A stretch of 64,000 bases of DNA from an uncultured Gemmatimonadales bacterium (GCA_963809895.1 CAWELD010000004.1:64001-128000), one strand, 5' to 3'; counted from the first letter of the stretch, positions 10,619 through 20,478 are shown. The notes: generated by a model from the letters alone, not told the origin. Numbers and translations: made by a program.

Positions 10619-13264
10619 GTGAAGCCCGCCGCACCGGCTCCGCCACGCTGGGCCGTCCGTCTGCTCGAGCGCGCGCTGCGCCGTGACCCCGCCGCCTCCG
10701 CCATCCTGGGTGACCTTCGGGAGGACTTCACGCGCATGGCCCGGGAGCGGGGTCGAGGGGCGGCCCGCCGCTGGTACGCACGCGAAGCCCTCCTCATGGC
10801 GCTGGGCCGCTGGGGCCGGGGGCAGGGGGTGCTGGGCGCCCTGGGTGAGGACGCGCACCACGCCTTCCTCTCCATTCGGCGAAATCCCGGCTTCGCGCTC
10901 ACCACGGCCACCATCATCGGCGTGGGCGTGGGTGCCGCCACCGCCGTCTACAGCGTCCTGAAGCCGCTGGTGGTGGCGCCGCTCCCCTTCGACCAGCCGG
11001 GTCAGTTGGTCTGGATCACCAACGACGCCACCCCCGACGACAACTCGCTGTCGTCGGTGAGCTCCCGCACCGCCAATCTCCACGACCTGCGGGAGCGGGC
11101 GAGCTCCTTCGAGGGCCTCACCGGCTACAACGCCTTCTTCGGACGCGAGCCGTACACGCTCACCGCCGCCGCCGGCGAGCCCGAGCGGCTCGTGGGCGTG
11201 GACGTGGCCCACGACTTTCTCGACGTGCTGGGCGTGGACCCCGTCCTGGGTCGCAGCTTCACCCGTGAGGAGGGCGAGCCCGGCGGATCTCCGGCCGTCA
11301 TCCTGTCCTGGGGCCTCTGGCAACGCCGCTTCGCCGCCGACCCGGACATCGTGGGCCGATCCGTGACGCTCAACGGCACACCTCGTTCCGTGGTGGGCGT
11401 GCTGCCCCGGGACTTCGACTTCTCGTCGGTGTTCGCGCCCAGCGCCCGGGTGGATGTCCTCGTGCCCTTCCCCGTCCTGCCCGCCGGCGGCGGCGGATTC
11501 CAGGGCAACACCATCTTCATCGTCGGACGGCTGAGACCCGGCGCCACCATCGCCTCGGCCCAGGCCGAAGTGGACGCCGTGTTCGCGGCCCTGCACGACG
11601 CGGATCCACGGCGTTGGGGGCTGTCGGCCCGCATCCAGTCGCTTCGGGACCATGTGGTGGGACCCTTCCGGCCGGCGCTCTGGCTCCTGTCCGCCGCGGC
11701 CCTGGTGCTGCTCCTCGTGGTGTGCGTGAACGTCTCCAACCTGCTCCTGGCTCGCTCGCCCCGGCGCGCCCGCGAGGTCGCGGTACGCAAGGCGCTCGGT
11801 GCGTCGCGCGCGAGGCTGGCTCGTCAACTCGTCCTGGAGTCGTTGGGCGTGGCGCTGGCCGGCTCGCTGCTGGGCTCGCTGTTGGCGTGGGGCGTCACGG
11901 CGGCGGTGGCCGGCAGCGCGGGGATCGACATCCCGCTCCTCGACCGGGCGAGCGTCGACGGCGCCACGCTCCTGCTCGCCGTCGGGCTGGCCCTGGTGAC
12001 GGGACTCGTGGTCAGCGTCGTGCCCGCCCTTCAGGTGACCGAGGGCGACGAGGCCCGGGTTCTCAGGTCCGACTCCCCCGGCAGCGGACAGGGCCGCGGC
12101 GCCCGGCGCCTCCGCGAGGGGCTGGTGGTAACCGAGGTCGCGTTGGCCTGCCTGCTCCTCATCGCCAGCGGCCTGCTGGTGCGAAGCTTCCGGGCCGTGC
12201 TGGCCGTGGACATGGGCTTCGATGCGAGCGGGGTGGTCGCCTGGCAGCTGAGCCCCGGTCGAGTCTTTCCGTCTCCACGCGCGCGCAGTGACTACTTCGC
12301 CGCCCTGGCGGCTCGCGTGGCGCAGGTGCCGGGTGTCTCCGACGTCGGCGTGAGCGACGCCCTGCCCCTGGGTCGCACCCGAAGCTGGACCGTGGGCCTC
12401 GCCGGCGCGGAATCGGGCTCAGCGCCCCAGGTCCAGGCCTATCCACACGTCGTGGACCCCGGCTATCTGGCCACCCTTGGTATTCCGCTCCTGAACGGGC
12501 GCAGCTTCACGCCCGACGACGGTCCCGACGCCGAGTCGGTGGTCGTCATCAACGAGTCGGCGGCACGCCGGCTGTTCGGAGACGGGCCGGCCGTGGGGCG
12601 GAGTCTTCGATTCTGGTCGGGGGATTCCCGGGTGGTGGGCGTCGTGCGCGACGTCCGGCACCTGTCGCCCGAGATGGGCGCCGGGGTCGAGGTCTACTTT
12701 CCCATGGCGCAGATGCCCGATTACGGCACCCCCGAGCTGGCGGTGCGCTCCAGCCGCCCGCTGCCCGAGGTGGCCGCCGCCGTCTCCCGGGCCGTCCACG
12801 ACCTGGACCCGTCCCTGCCGGTGCACGACTTCTGGACGCTGCAGTCGCGTGTCGACCGTGCGGTCTCGGCGCGGCGGTTCACCCTGTCCATCCTCGGCGC
12901 CTACGGAGCCGTCGCCCTGCTGCTCGCCGGCCTGGGCATCTACGGCGTCGTGGCCCAGACGGTGGCCGAGCGCAGGAGCGAGATCGGGGTGCGCATGGCG
13001 CTGGGCGCATCGTCGCGCGCGGTGCTCGGCGACGTGCTGGGGCGCTCCCTCCTGCTCACCGTGATCGGCATCCTGGCGGGCACGGCCCTGGCTCTCGCGG
13101 CCGCGCGCGTGCTGGCCTCACAGCTCTTCGAAGTGGGAATCGCGGACCCGGTGACCCTGGCAGGGATGGTGCTCACCGTGGTTGCCGTGGCATCGCTCGC
13201 CGCCGGCGTCCCCGCTACCCGCGCCGCTCGCACGCGGGGCAGCGACGTGCTGCGATCGGATTGA
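10619..13264 (+). CDS. ADOP-like duplicated MacB/FtsX permease
   Basis: ILGDLREDF prefix; LVVCVNVSNLLLAR; REVAVRKALGA; EIGVRMALGA. Confidence 0.92.
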   Translation: MKPAAPAPPRWAVRLLERALRRDPAASAILGDLREDFTRMARERGRGAARRWYAREALLMALGRWGRGQGVLGALGEDAHHAFLSIRRNPGFALTTATIIGVGVGAATAVYSVLKPLVVAPLPFDQPGQLVWITNDATPDDNSLSSVSSRTANLHDLRERASSFEGLTGYNAFFGREPYTLTAAAGEPERLVGVDVAHDFLDVLGVDPVLGRSFTREEGEPGGSPAVILSWGLWQRRFAADPDIVGRSVTLNGTPRSVVGVLPRDFDFSSVFAPSARVDVLVPFPVLPAGGGGFQGNTIFIVGRLRPGATIASAQAEVDAVFAALHDADPRRWGLSARIQSLRDHVVGPFRPALWLLSAAALVLLLVVCVNVSNLLLARSPRRAREVAVRKALGASRARLARQLVLESLGVALAGSLLGSLLAWGVTAAVAGSAGIDIPLLDRASVDGATLLLAVGLALVTGLVVSVVPALQVTEGDEARVLRSDSPGSGQGRGARRLREGLVVTEVALACLLLIASGLLVRSFRAVLAVDMGFDASGVVAWQLSPGRVFPSPRARSDYFAALAARVAQVPGVSDVGVSDALPLGRTRSWTVGLAGAESGSAPQVQAYPHVVDPGYLATLGIPLLNGRSFTPDDGPDAESVVVINESAARRLFGDGPAVGRSLRFWSGDSRVVGVVRDVRHLSPEMGAGVEVYFPMAQMPDYGTPELAVRSSRPLPEVAAAVSRAVHDLDPSLPVHDFWTLQSRVDRAVSARRFTLSILGAYGAVALLLAGLGIYGVVAQTVAERRSEIGVRMALGASSRAVLGDVLGRSLLLTVIGILAGTALALAAARVLASQLFEVGIADPVTLAGMVLTVVAVASLAAGVPATRAARTRGSDVLRSD

Positions 13265-13268
13265 GGGT

Positions 13269-13718
13269 TCAGGGGATCCGGGGATTCACTTTGCGCGCGA
13301 CGCTGGCGATGCTGTCGATCCCCTCGTCGCCGAGCAGTTCCTCGGTCCACGCCTGGGCCTCGGACCACGGTTCGTAGGCCTCCTCGAGCACCTTCGCTCC
13401 CGCCGCGGTGACCTCGAGCAGGCTCGAGCGCCCGTCCTCGCGGTCCACCCTTCGCGCGAGCCAGCCGTTGTCCACCATCCGGCTCAGGTTGCGGCTGAGC
13501 GTGGATTGCTCCATGGCGAGAAAGGGCTCGATGTCGCTGCTGCGGCTGGGCCCCAGCACGGTGATCACCGCCAGGATCGTGAGCTGGTTGGCGGTCACCC
13601 CCACCTCGCGCAGGTGCGTGTCGTAGCGCGCGGTGATGATCCGGCTGATCTGGCGCACGCGGCCCGCGGCGCAACGGTGGATGATGGCGCGGGCGACGTC
13701 CGCTGACGAAGCAGACAT
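13269..13718 (-). CDS. MarR-family transcriptional regulator
   Basis: CAAGRVRQISR..TARYD, GVTANQLTIL, EQSTLSRNL, DREDGRS; start may extend to 13754. Confidence 0.88.
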   Translation of the reverse strand: MSASSADVARAIIHRCAAGRVRQISRIITARYDTHLREVGVTANQLTILAVITVLGPSRSSDIEPFLAMEQSTLSRNLSRMVDNGWLARRVDREDGRSSLLEVTAAGAKVLEEAYEPWSEAQAWTEELLGDEGIDSIASVARKVNPRIP

Positions 13719-13746
13719 GATGGAAGCCGAGGCAGGGGAAGGCGGA

Positions 13747-13766
13747 ACATGCATGCGAATGCATGT
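13747..13766. promoter_or_regulatory. Palindrome upstream of marR-like gene (candidate autoregulatory operator)
   Basis: ACATGCAT-GCGA-ATGCATGT, perfect 8-bp arms. Confidence 0.55.
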
Positions 13767-13810
13767 AAGCTACCGCAACGAAATCCCCCGGCCAACGGCC
13801 CTCGGGCGCG

Positions 13811-14199
13811 TCACGAGGCCCGGCAACGTTCGTAACGGACCACGCCGGGCTCCGACCCCTCGCCGATCAGGCTGAAGCCGCTCTTCTCCAGCACCCGGAT
13901 CGAGGGCGCCAACTCGGGGAGCGTCTCGGCGATGACACGCCGCACCTCGGGCGAGGCGAAGGCACGTTGCAGCATGCCCTCGACGGCTTCGGTGGCGAGG
14001 CCACGGCGCTGATAGGTGGGGATGACGAAATAGCCGATCTCCACCGTGCCGTCGTCGGTGGGGGGGCCCTTGAAAGAGGCCAGGAAGGGTGGACCGCGAC
14101 CCCAAGCGCCGCGGCGAGGGCGCCCGGTCCACGGAGTTCGGCTTCGAGGGTGGCCCTCGATCCGGGTATGAGTAGCAGGCGGGGTGTGCGGATCGGCAT
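13811..14199 (-). pseudogene. GNAT (RimL-like) acetyltransferase with frameshift and probable internal deletion
   Basis: N-terminus MPIRTPRLLL...VHPSWP is in one frame; FKGPPTDDGTVEIGY...YQRRGLATEA...SIRVLEKSGF is in another; junction about 14070-14080. Confidence 0.8.
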
Positions 14200-14275
14200 G
14201 GCTCAGGCTCTTTCGTCAGGATGCGAGCGGTGCCCCGAAAGCGCCAGGAAATCGTGTCGCTGGAGGAACGTAACA

Positions 14276-14285
14276 TGTATATACA
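14276..14285. promoter_or_regulatory. AT-rich palindrome TGTATATACA, candidate repressor site
   Basis: Perfect 10-bp palindrome in an AT-rich island between divergent genes. Confidence 0.5.
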
Positions 14286-14317
14286 CTTATTTTCTGGAGC
14301 CCTTTCTGGAGATCCCG

Positions 14318-15043
14318 ATGCGCCGACTCACTGTCGCAATCCTGGCCGCCGTGGGCCTGGTTGCCACCTCCACCGCCGCCAGCGCGGCCGCTCAGACCAC
14401 CCTGGCCGACGTCACGCCCTTCCTCATGGACCGGGACGCGGAGGTCGCCCTCGCCCGCTCCGCGGCTCCCAACGGAATCGGAGACCGGGCCACCGTCTGG
14501 GTCCTCACCCCGTCGGGATACGAGCAGGTCGCCGAAGGCAGCAACGGCTTCCATTGCTTCGTCGGCCGCGGCTGGTCGGGGCCGATCCTCATCGGTCAGG
14601 GCGAGAATCAGCGGGTTCATCCCGACCTCTTCGATCCCTTGCTGCACGCCCCGCATTGCTTCAACGCCATGGCGGCACGCTCCGTCCTGCCGTGGCAGAT
14701 CGAGCGCACCCGGCTGATCCTCGCGGGTGTGCCGGCGGAGGAGGTCAACGAGCGCATTCAGGCCGACGTCCACGCCGGGCGCATCGAGCTACCCGAACCG
14801 GGAGCCATGGCCTACATGATGTCGCCCCGCCAGGACCTCGGCCCGGATTTCGGCGCCTGGCGCCCCCACGTCATGGTGTATCTGCCCGACCTCTCCAACG
14901 GCGACTGGGGGATCACGGGATTCACCAACGACTATCCCTTCGTGGCCGAGTCCGGCACCCCGTGGTCCGTCGCGGTCTTGCCCATGCGCCGCTACTCCGA
15001 CGGCTCGTGGGCCCCCGAAACGGTGACGGGACGGAAGCGGTGA
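14318..15043 (+). CDS. Secreted hypothetical protein
   Basis: GGAG RBS; signal peptide MRRLTVAIL...AAAQ; GSNGFHCFVGR, PHCFN, MAYMMS and WRPHVM motifs. Confidence 0.8.
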   Translation: MRRLTVAILAAVGLVATSTAASAAAQTTLADVTPFLMDRDAEVALARSAAPNGIGDRATVWVLTPSGYEQVAEGSNGFHCFVGRGWSGPILIGQGENQRVHPDLFDPLLHAPHCFNAMAARSVLPWQIERTRLILAGVPAEEVNERIQADVHAGRIELPEPGAMAYMMSPRQDLGPDFGAWRPHVMVYLPDLSNGDWGITGFTNDYPFVAESGTPWSVAVLPMRRYSDGSWAPETVTGRKR

Positions 15044-15061
15044 CTCCGAGGGTTGATGGCA

Positions 15062-15084
15062 CGTAGTCTAAAAAGTATACTACG
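15062..15084. promoter_or_regulatory. Inverted repeat CGTAGT-N11-ACTACG, candidate operator
   Basis: AT-rich spacer; about 30 bp before the start of the BNR-repeat gene. Confidence 0.45.
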
Positions 15085-15115
15085 CCTCCGGATCACTTTT
15101 CGTCGGGAGGCAGGG

Positions 15116-16456
15116 ATGCGTCGTCTGGGACTCGTATCGGCGTTGTGCGGGAGCGTGGTGCTGGGCGGTGCATCGTCTGCGAGCGTGGCCGCTCAACAGC
15201 CGACGCTTCGGGTCGGGCCGGAGGTGCTGATCGCTCCCGCCACGGCCGAGGACGTGTGGATCGAGCCGGCGCTGGCAGCGGATCCCAGCGATCCGGATCA
15301 CCTCCTCGCGGTGGGCTGGCGGCATCCGTTCGGGAGCGACCGGGCCGCCTCGCCCGACGAGCGCTGCGTGACCTTCCTCTCGAGAGACGGTGGTCAGAGC
15401 TGGAGCGAGCACGAACTGGGCGGTATCTCGTGCGCGGATCCCTGGCTCGCCGTCACGGAGGGTCGCGCGGTCCTCACCGCTCTGGGCAGGCATGCGAGCC
15501 TGCCCGACTCCGCCGACCAGCTGCTGGCGTACTTCTCACCGGACGGCGGCGCTTCCTGGCACGACGTGCCCCAGAGCCTGGGACGAGGCCACGACGGACC
15601 GCGGACCGTGGCCGCCGCCGACGGCACCGTCTACCTGACGTCCGGGCAGTCGTGGCCCGATGCCGCGGGTCGCGGCCGTTTCTCGATCCTGGTGGCGCGG
15701 GCTCGAGGAGGCATTCCCTACCTGGCGACGCTGGACCGTCTGGTGCCCGCCAACGTCAATTTCAACCCCGACGGCCTGGCCGTGCTCTCCGGCGGCGCAC
15801 TGGTGATCACCTACGACGACTATCAGCGCAAGGTGAACGGCTTCCGCTCCCGGGCCGGCGCGCTGGAGGGTCGCCGCGCCTGGGCGGTGGTGTCCGACGA
15901 CGGCGGCCGCAACTTCTCCATCCCCCTGCTCATCAACGAGGCCTGCTACGGCCGCCCCACCGACCTGGCCGCCGACACGTCGGGCGGGCCCTTCCGGGAC
16001 CGTCTCTATCACGTCTGCTCCGGCGACGACTACCGCTCGATCCTCCTGACCTACTCGGCGGACCGGGGCGACGAGTGGTCCGAGGCTACGCCCATCGAAG
16101 TGGAGGCGACTCGAGACGGCTCGCGGCGCGAGCCTCAGGTGGCGGTGAGCAGCGCGGGCGTCGTCGCCGTCGCGTGGATGGATCGCCGCGACGACGACTC
16201 CGGTGCCTGCTACGCGCCTTACGTGGCGGCCTCCACGGACGGTGGCCAGACCTTCGGCGCGCCCGTGCGCGCGTCCGCCGAGCTCTCCTGTCCCGACGGC
16301 GAACGCCTCGGATTCCCGGGCCGCCGCTGGCCTACGGGCGGCGACTACTTCGGATTCACCGCCGGAGCGGACGGCCGCTTCCACCTGGTGTGGCCCGACG
16401 CGCGCACGGGGCTGTTCGAGCTGCGGACGGTGACCGTGGAGGTGTCGGGCGGCTAG
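15116..16456 (+). CDS. Secreted Asp-box (BNR) beta-propeller, sialidase-like fold
   Basis: Signal peptide; five SxDxGxxW/F boxes (SRDGGQSW, SPDGGASW, SDDGGRNF, SADRGDEW, STDGGQTF); GGDYFG near C-terminus. Confidence 0.85.
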   Translation: MRRLGLVSALCGSVVLGGASSASVAAQQPTLRVGPEVLIAPATAEDVWIEPALAADPSDPDHLLAVGWRHPFGSDRAASPDERCVTFLSRDGGQSWSEHELGGISCADPWLAVTEGRAVLTALGRHASLPDSADQLLAYFSPDGGASWHDVPQSLGRGHDGPRTVAAADGTVYLTSGQSWPDAAGRGRFSILVARARGGIPYLATLDRLVPANVNFNPDGLAVLSGGALVITYDDYQRKVNGFRSRAGALEGRRAWAVVSDDGGRNFSIPLLINEACYGRPTDLAADTSGGPFRDRLYHVCSGDDYRSILLTYSADRGDEWSEATPIEVEATRDGSRREPQVAVSSAGVVAVAWMDRRDDDSGACYAPYVAASTDGGQTFGAPVRASAELSCPDGERLGFPGRRWPTGGDYFGFTAGADGRFHLVWPDARTGLFELRTVTVEVSGG

Positions 16457-16908
16457 CGGCCTCCTTCTTCGTCGGCCTCCTCGGCAGCCCCTTCATGCTC
16501 CTGCGCCAGCACCTCGCCGGTGAGCGCGTCCACGTGCACCTCTTCGATGCCTTCCATCCCCTCCACGGCGATGTCGAAGGAGAAGATGAGCGCGCCGTCT
16601 TCCTCTTCGAGCTCGCCGGCCTTGATCGTACCGCCGGGCACCCGGGCCAGCGCCGCGGCGCGCGCCGCTTCGACGCTCACTTTCGCCCGCGCCAGCAGGG
16701 CGGCCGGAAGCTCGATCGCTCCGACTTCGTCCGCTTCGTCGGCTTCGTCGGCCTCGGCCGCTTCTGCGGCCTCCGACGCTTCCATGGCCTCGTTCTCCAC
16801 GGCCTCCGCCGTCTCTTCGTCTCTGGCCTCACCACGCTCCGGGCCTTCGGAGCACGCCGCCACCATGGTGAGCATGGCGGCCATGACCATCATCGTGCGA
16901 ACTCGCAT
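16453..16908 (-). CDS. PepSY-domain lipoprotein with acidic linker
   Basis: Lipobox VAAC; AKVSVEAARAAALARVPGG...ELEEEDG...EVHVDALTGEVL. Confidence 0.85.
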   Translation of the reverse strand: MRVRTMMVMAAMLTMVAACSEGPERGEARDEETAEAVENEAMEASEAAEAAEADEADEADEVGAIELPAALLARAKVSVEAARAAALARVPGGTIKAGELEEEDGALIFSFDIAVEGMEGIEEVHVDALTGEVLAQEHEGAAEEADEEGGR

Positions 16909-16976
16909 GTTCTCTCCTGGGAGTGGTCCGACTCGTGTCAGCGCGAACAATGTGTCACGGGCCACCTGTCACGCCG

Positions 16977-17005
16977 ATTATACGCTCGCTTCAGGCGTCT
17001 GAAAG
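16977..17005 (-). promoter_or_regulatory. Promoter of the PepSY gene: -10 TATAAT plus candidate response-regulator box
   Basis: ATTATA 16977-16982 (TATAAT on minus strand); CTTCAG-GCGT-CTGAAAG inverted repeat 16989-17005. Confidence 0.5.
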
Positions 17006-17071
17006 GCGACACGTGTAGCTTCCTGATCGAGAAGTCGATCCATCGGGTGCGCCACGACCGGGGGAGATGGC

Positions 17072-17740
17072 ATGAGGGTCCTGATCGTCGAGGACGACGA
17101 CGAGCTCCGCACCGCACTGCGGGAAGGCCTGGAAGAGGAGGGCGTGAGGGCGGACACCGCCACGACCTACTCCGACGGCGCGCTGCAGGCCGCCCTGGGC
17201 TCGCACGACGTCCTGATCCTCGACGTCATGCTGCCCGGGGGGACCGGCGTCGAACTGTGCCGCTACCTCCGCGACGAAGGCATCCTCACGCCCATTCTCT
17301 TCCTCACTGCGCTCGGGGCCGAGGACGACCGCGTGGGCGGATTCCAGGCCGGTGGCGACGACTACCTCACGAAGCCCTTCTCCTTCCGCGAGCTTCTCGC
17401 CCGACTGCGCGCCCTGGCCCGGAGGCCTCCCGAGCTCCTTCACGAGGTGCGCCAGGTCGCGGACCTGAGCGTGGATCTGGATGCGCACACCGCCTCGCGC
17501 GGCGGTACCGACCTGGCGTTGACGGCCCAGGAATGGGCGCTCCTGGAATTCTTCGTCCGACACGAAGGGGTGGTCGTGTCCCGGGCGGACATCACCGCCT
17601 ACGTGTGGGACGACAACCACGACCCCTTCACGAACCTCCTCGAGGTCCTCGTCTGGCGCCTGCGCCGCAAGGTGGACGACGGATACGAGCCCAAGCTCAT
17701 CCACACGGTACGGGGCGCGGGATATCGGTTCGGTGCATGA
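17072..17740 (+). CDS. OmpR-family response regulator
   Basis: LIVEDD, LDVMLPG, DDYLTKPF, RLRRKVD, IHTVRGAGY. Confidence 0.95.
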   Translation: MRVLIVEDDDELRTALREGLEEEGVRADTATTYSDGALQAALGSHDVLILDVMLPGGTGVELCRYLRDEGILTPILFLTALGAEDDRVGGFQAGGDDYLTKPFSFRELLARLRALARRPPELLHEVRQVADLSVDLDAHTASRGGTDLALTAQEWALLEFFVRHEGVVVSRADITAYVWDDNHDPFTNLLEVLVWRLRRKVDDGYEPKLIHTVRGAGYRFGA

Positions 17741-19005
17741 GTGACGACGCGTTCCGCCGGATCCGGAGGCGCATCACCCTCTGGTACGTGGGTGTGTTCG
17801 CAGGGATTCTCCTGCTCTTCGGAGGCGCCGTCTATCTGGCGATCACCCACCAGGTGGGCCGGTCGCTGGATCGACAGCTCGTGGCCGCCACCGGCGAGAT
17901 CGAACGGGCGCTCCGCATCCGGGAGCAGGAGCGGGGCCTGCCCGAGCACACGGTGGACGCACTGGACGAGCTGCGTATTCCCGGCACCAGCCTCTACGTG
18001 TTCGATGCAGAGGGGAATCCGTTGCGTGGCACGGCGCCCCCCGCATTCCTGGCAACCCTCGCCCGGACCGTCCTCGACCGGGGCGAGGTGTGGGCGAGGC
18101 CGGAGGCGGAGCCGGATGCGACCCTGCGTGTCTACGGGCGTCGCATCTCGGTGGCGGATGAAGTCTACGCGGCCCTGGCCGCGACTCCCGTGCTGGAAGT
18201 GGAAGAGCGCTATCCGGGGTTGCTGGCGTCCTTCCTCCTGGCGGCCCTCGGCGCCCTCACCCTCGTGGGGCTCGGAGGCGCGGCGCTGGCGCGCAAGTCG
18301 CTGGTGCCCGTGGAGGAATCCATGTCCAGGATGCGTCGCTTCGTCGCCGACGCCTCGCACGAGCTCCGGACCCCCGCCGCGGCCCTCCGCACGCGCGCCG
18401 AGGTGGCGCTCCAGCGCGCGCGCTCGGTGGAGGAGTACGCGGATCTCATGGAGCGGGTGCGGCGGGAGTCCGAGAGGCTCGGCCGCCTCGTCGACGGCCT
18501 CCTCCTGCTGGCCGCCGCCGATGAGGACCGGTTGCCCATGCGTCGCCAGCCGGTCTTCCTGGACGACCTGCTCGTCCAGGCCTCGGAGACGGTTCGCACC
18601 CTCGCCACCTCCAAGGGCGTGACCCTGGAACTGGGAACCTTCGACGAGGCACCCATCAATGCCGATCCCGAGCTGGTGCGTCAGCTCTGTCTGATCATTC
18701 TCGAGAACGCCGTCAAGTACACGCCCTCACCCGGCACCGTGCACGCCGACGTGGCGACCGATGGTGACCTTTGCCGCCTCACCGTTCGAGATACCGGCCC
18801 CGGGATCGACGCTGAGACGCTGCCCCATGTCTTCGAGCGCTTCTACCGCGCTGATCCCGCGCGGGGCCGCGCGGGCGGAAGCGGGCTCGGGCTGGCCATC
18901 GCCAGGAGCATCGCCGACGCGCACGGGGCCGACATCCAGGTGCGCTCCACCGCCGGTCGGGGCACCACCGTGGAGGTGGCGTTCCCACGGCGCAGCAACC
19001 GCTAG
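17737..19005 (+). CDS. Membrane sensor histidine kinase
   Basis: ATGA overlap with the regulator; two TMs; FVADASHELRTP, ENAVKY, DTGPGI, FERFYR, GSGLGL. The 1286-aa track ORF is an upstream overcall. Confidence 0.93.
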   Translation: MSDDAFRRIRRRITLWYVGVFAGILLLFGGAVYLAITHQVGRSLDRQLVAATGEIERALRIREQERGLPEHTVDALDELRIPGTSLYVFDAEGNPLRGTAPPAFLATLARTVLDRGEVWARPEAEPDATLRVYGRRISVADEVYAALAATPVLEVEERYPGLLASFLLAALGALTLVGLGGAALARKSLVPVEESMSRMRRFVADASHELRTPAAALRTRAEVALQRARSVEEYADLMERVRRESERLGRLVDGLLLLAAADEDRLPMRRQPVFLDDLLVQASETVRTLATSKGVTLELGTFDEAPINADPELVRQLCLIILENAVKYTPSPGTVHADVATDGDLCRLTVRDTGPGIDAETLPHVFERFYRADPARGRAGGSGLGLAIARSIADAHGADIQVRSTAGRGTTVEVAFPRRSNR

Positions 19006-19053
19006 CAGGTCGCTGCGTTGCCCCCGGCCAGGCCGGGCGTCTACAATGCCTCG

Positions 19054-20478
19054 ATGAACGCCGAATCCTCCCCCCCGGATCTGGTCGAACGTCTCCGGCA
19101 GCACCGCGCCCTGGCGAAGGTGCCCGACGCCGAGCTCCAGTGGCTCGCGGAGCACGGCCGCCTTCAGCGCTTCGAGGCGGGCCAGTTCATCGCTCGCAAG
19201 GGACAGGAGGTAGGTGAGGCCAACTTCGGGCTCGAAATCGTCCTGAAAGGGCGTTTCGGGGTCTATCTGGATCGCGGCGGCGGACCCCGAAAGGTGATGG
19301 AATGGCAGGCGGGCGAGCTCAGCGGCGCGCTGCCCTTCTCCCGCATGAAGTCCACGCCCGGCGACCTCGTGACGGAGACCGCGATGGAGATCCTCTCCAT
19401 CGATCCCACGCACTTCCCCGAGCTCATTCGCGAGTGTCCAGTCGTCACCGGCGTGTGCGTGCACGTGATGCTCGATCGGGCACGGGTCTTCAAAACGACG
19501 GACCTGCAGGACGAGAAGATGGTCTCGCTGGGCAAGCTGTCAGCCGGATTGGCCCACGAGCTCAACAACCCCGCCTCGGCGGTGGCCCGGAGCGCACACC
19601 TGCTCCAGCGCTCCATGGCCGAGGCGGACCGGGCCGCGCGTCAGCTCGCGCAGATGGAGCTCGACAAGGAGCAACTCGCGGCCGTGGACCGCGTGCGCGA
19701 AGCGTGCATGCGGGAGCCCCCGGTCGTGTCGCTCTCGCCCCTGGAGCGACTGGACCGCGAAGACGAGATCGCGGCGTGGCTCCTGGCCCACGGCGCCGAC
19801 CGCTCGGCCGTGGACGCCCTCTCGGACACCGCGGTCACCTTCGAGGCGCTGAACGACCTCGCGGAATACCTCGAAGGCCAGGCGTTGGACGCCGCCCTGG
19901 ATTGGGTCGCGGCGGGGTGCGCCGTGCGTACGCTGGCGTCCGAAACCGAGCGCGCCGGGGCGAGGATTTCCGCTCTCGTGAGCGCCATGAAGCGATTGAC
20001 CCACATGGACCGGGCCCCCGTCGCCGAGGCCATCGACATCGAGCAGGGACTGCGGGACACGCTCACCGTCCTGGGTCACAAGGCCCGGCACAAGTCCGTG
20101 AGCGTGCAGATCGACGTCCCTTCGGACCTGCCCGCGGCGAATGCCATCGGAGGCGAGTTGGATCAGGTCTGGATGAACATCCTCGACAACGCGCTGGACG
20201 CCGTCGAGCCGGGTGGGCAGGTCTCGGTGACGGCGGCGCCCGAGGGGCACATGCTCGTGGTGCGCATCGTGGACGACGGGCCCGGCATTCCTCCCGAGCA
20301 CCAGGGACGCATCTTCGACCCGTTCTTCACCACGAAGCCCCCTGGCGAGGGCACCGGCCTGGGTCTCGACATCGCGCGCACGTCCCTGAGGGCGCAGGGC
20401 GGAGAGATCGACTTCGACTCCCGCCCCGGCCGCACCGAGTTCCGTGTCTTCCTGCCGCTGGCCGAGCCGGACGCGTAG
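19054..20478 (+). CDS. Cytoplasmic histidine kinase with cNMP-binding-like N-terminal domain
   Basis: LGKLSAGLAHELNNPA, QVWMNILDNALDA, DDGPGIP, FDPFFTTKPPGEGTGLGL; no TM. Confidence 0.9.
   Translation: MNAESSPPDLVERLRQHRALAKVPDAELQWLAEHGRLQRFEAGQFIARKGQEVGEANFGLEIVLKGRFGVYLDRGGGPRKVMEWQAGELSGALPFSRMKSTPGDLVTETAMEILSIDPTHFPELIRECPVVTGVCVHVMLDRARVFKTTDLQDEKMVSLGKLSAGLAHELNNPASAVARSAHLLQRSMAEADRAARQLAQMELDKEQLAAVDRVREACMREPPVVSLSPLERLDREDEIAAWLLAHGADRSAVDALSDTAVTFEALNDLAEYLEGQALDAALDWVAAGCAVRTLASETERAGARISALVSAMKRLTHMDRAPVAEAIDIEQGLRDTLTVLGHKARHKSVSVQIDVPSDLPAANAIGGELDQVWMNILDNALDAVEPGGQVSVTAAPEGHMLVVRIVDDGPGIPPEHQGRIFDPFFTTKPPGEGTGLGLDIARTSLRAQGGEIDFDSRPGRTEFRVFLPLAEPDA

Noticed and set aside
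16720..16820. Short repeats inside the PepSY gene
   Set aside because: They encode a low-complexity Glu/Ala linker (EADEADEAD), not an independent element
15145..19005. 1286-aa giant ORF in the track
   Set aside because: Only the last 422 aa (histidine kinase from 17737) are real; the rest is off-frame overlap of three other genes in GC-rich DNA
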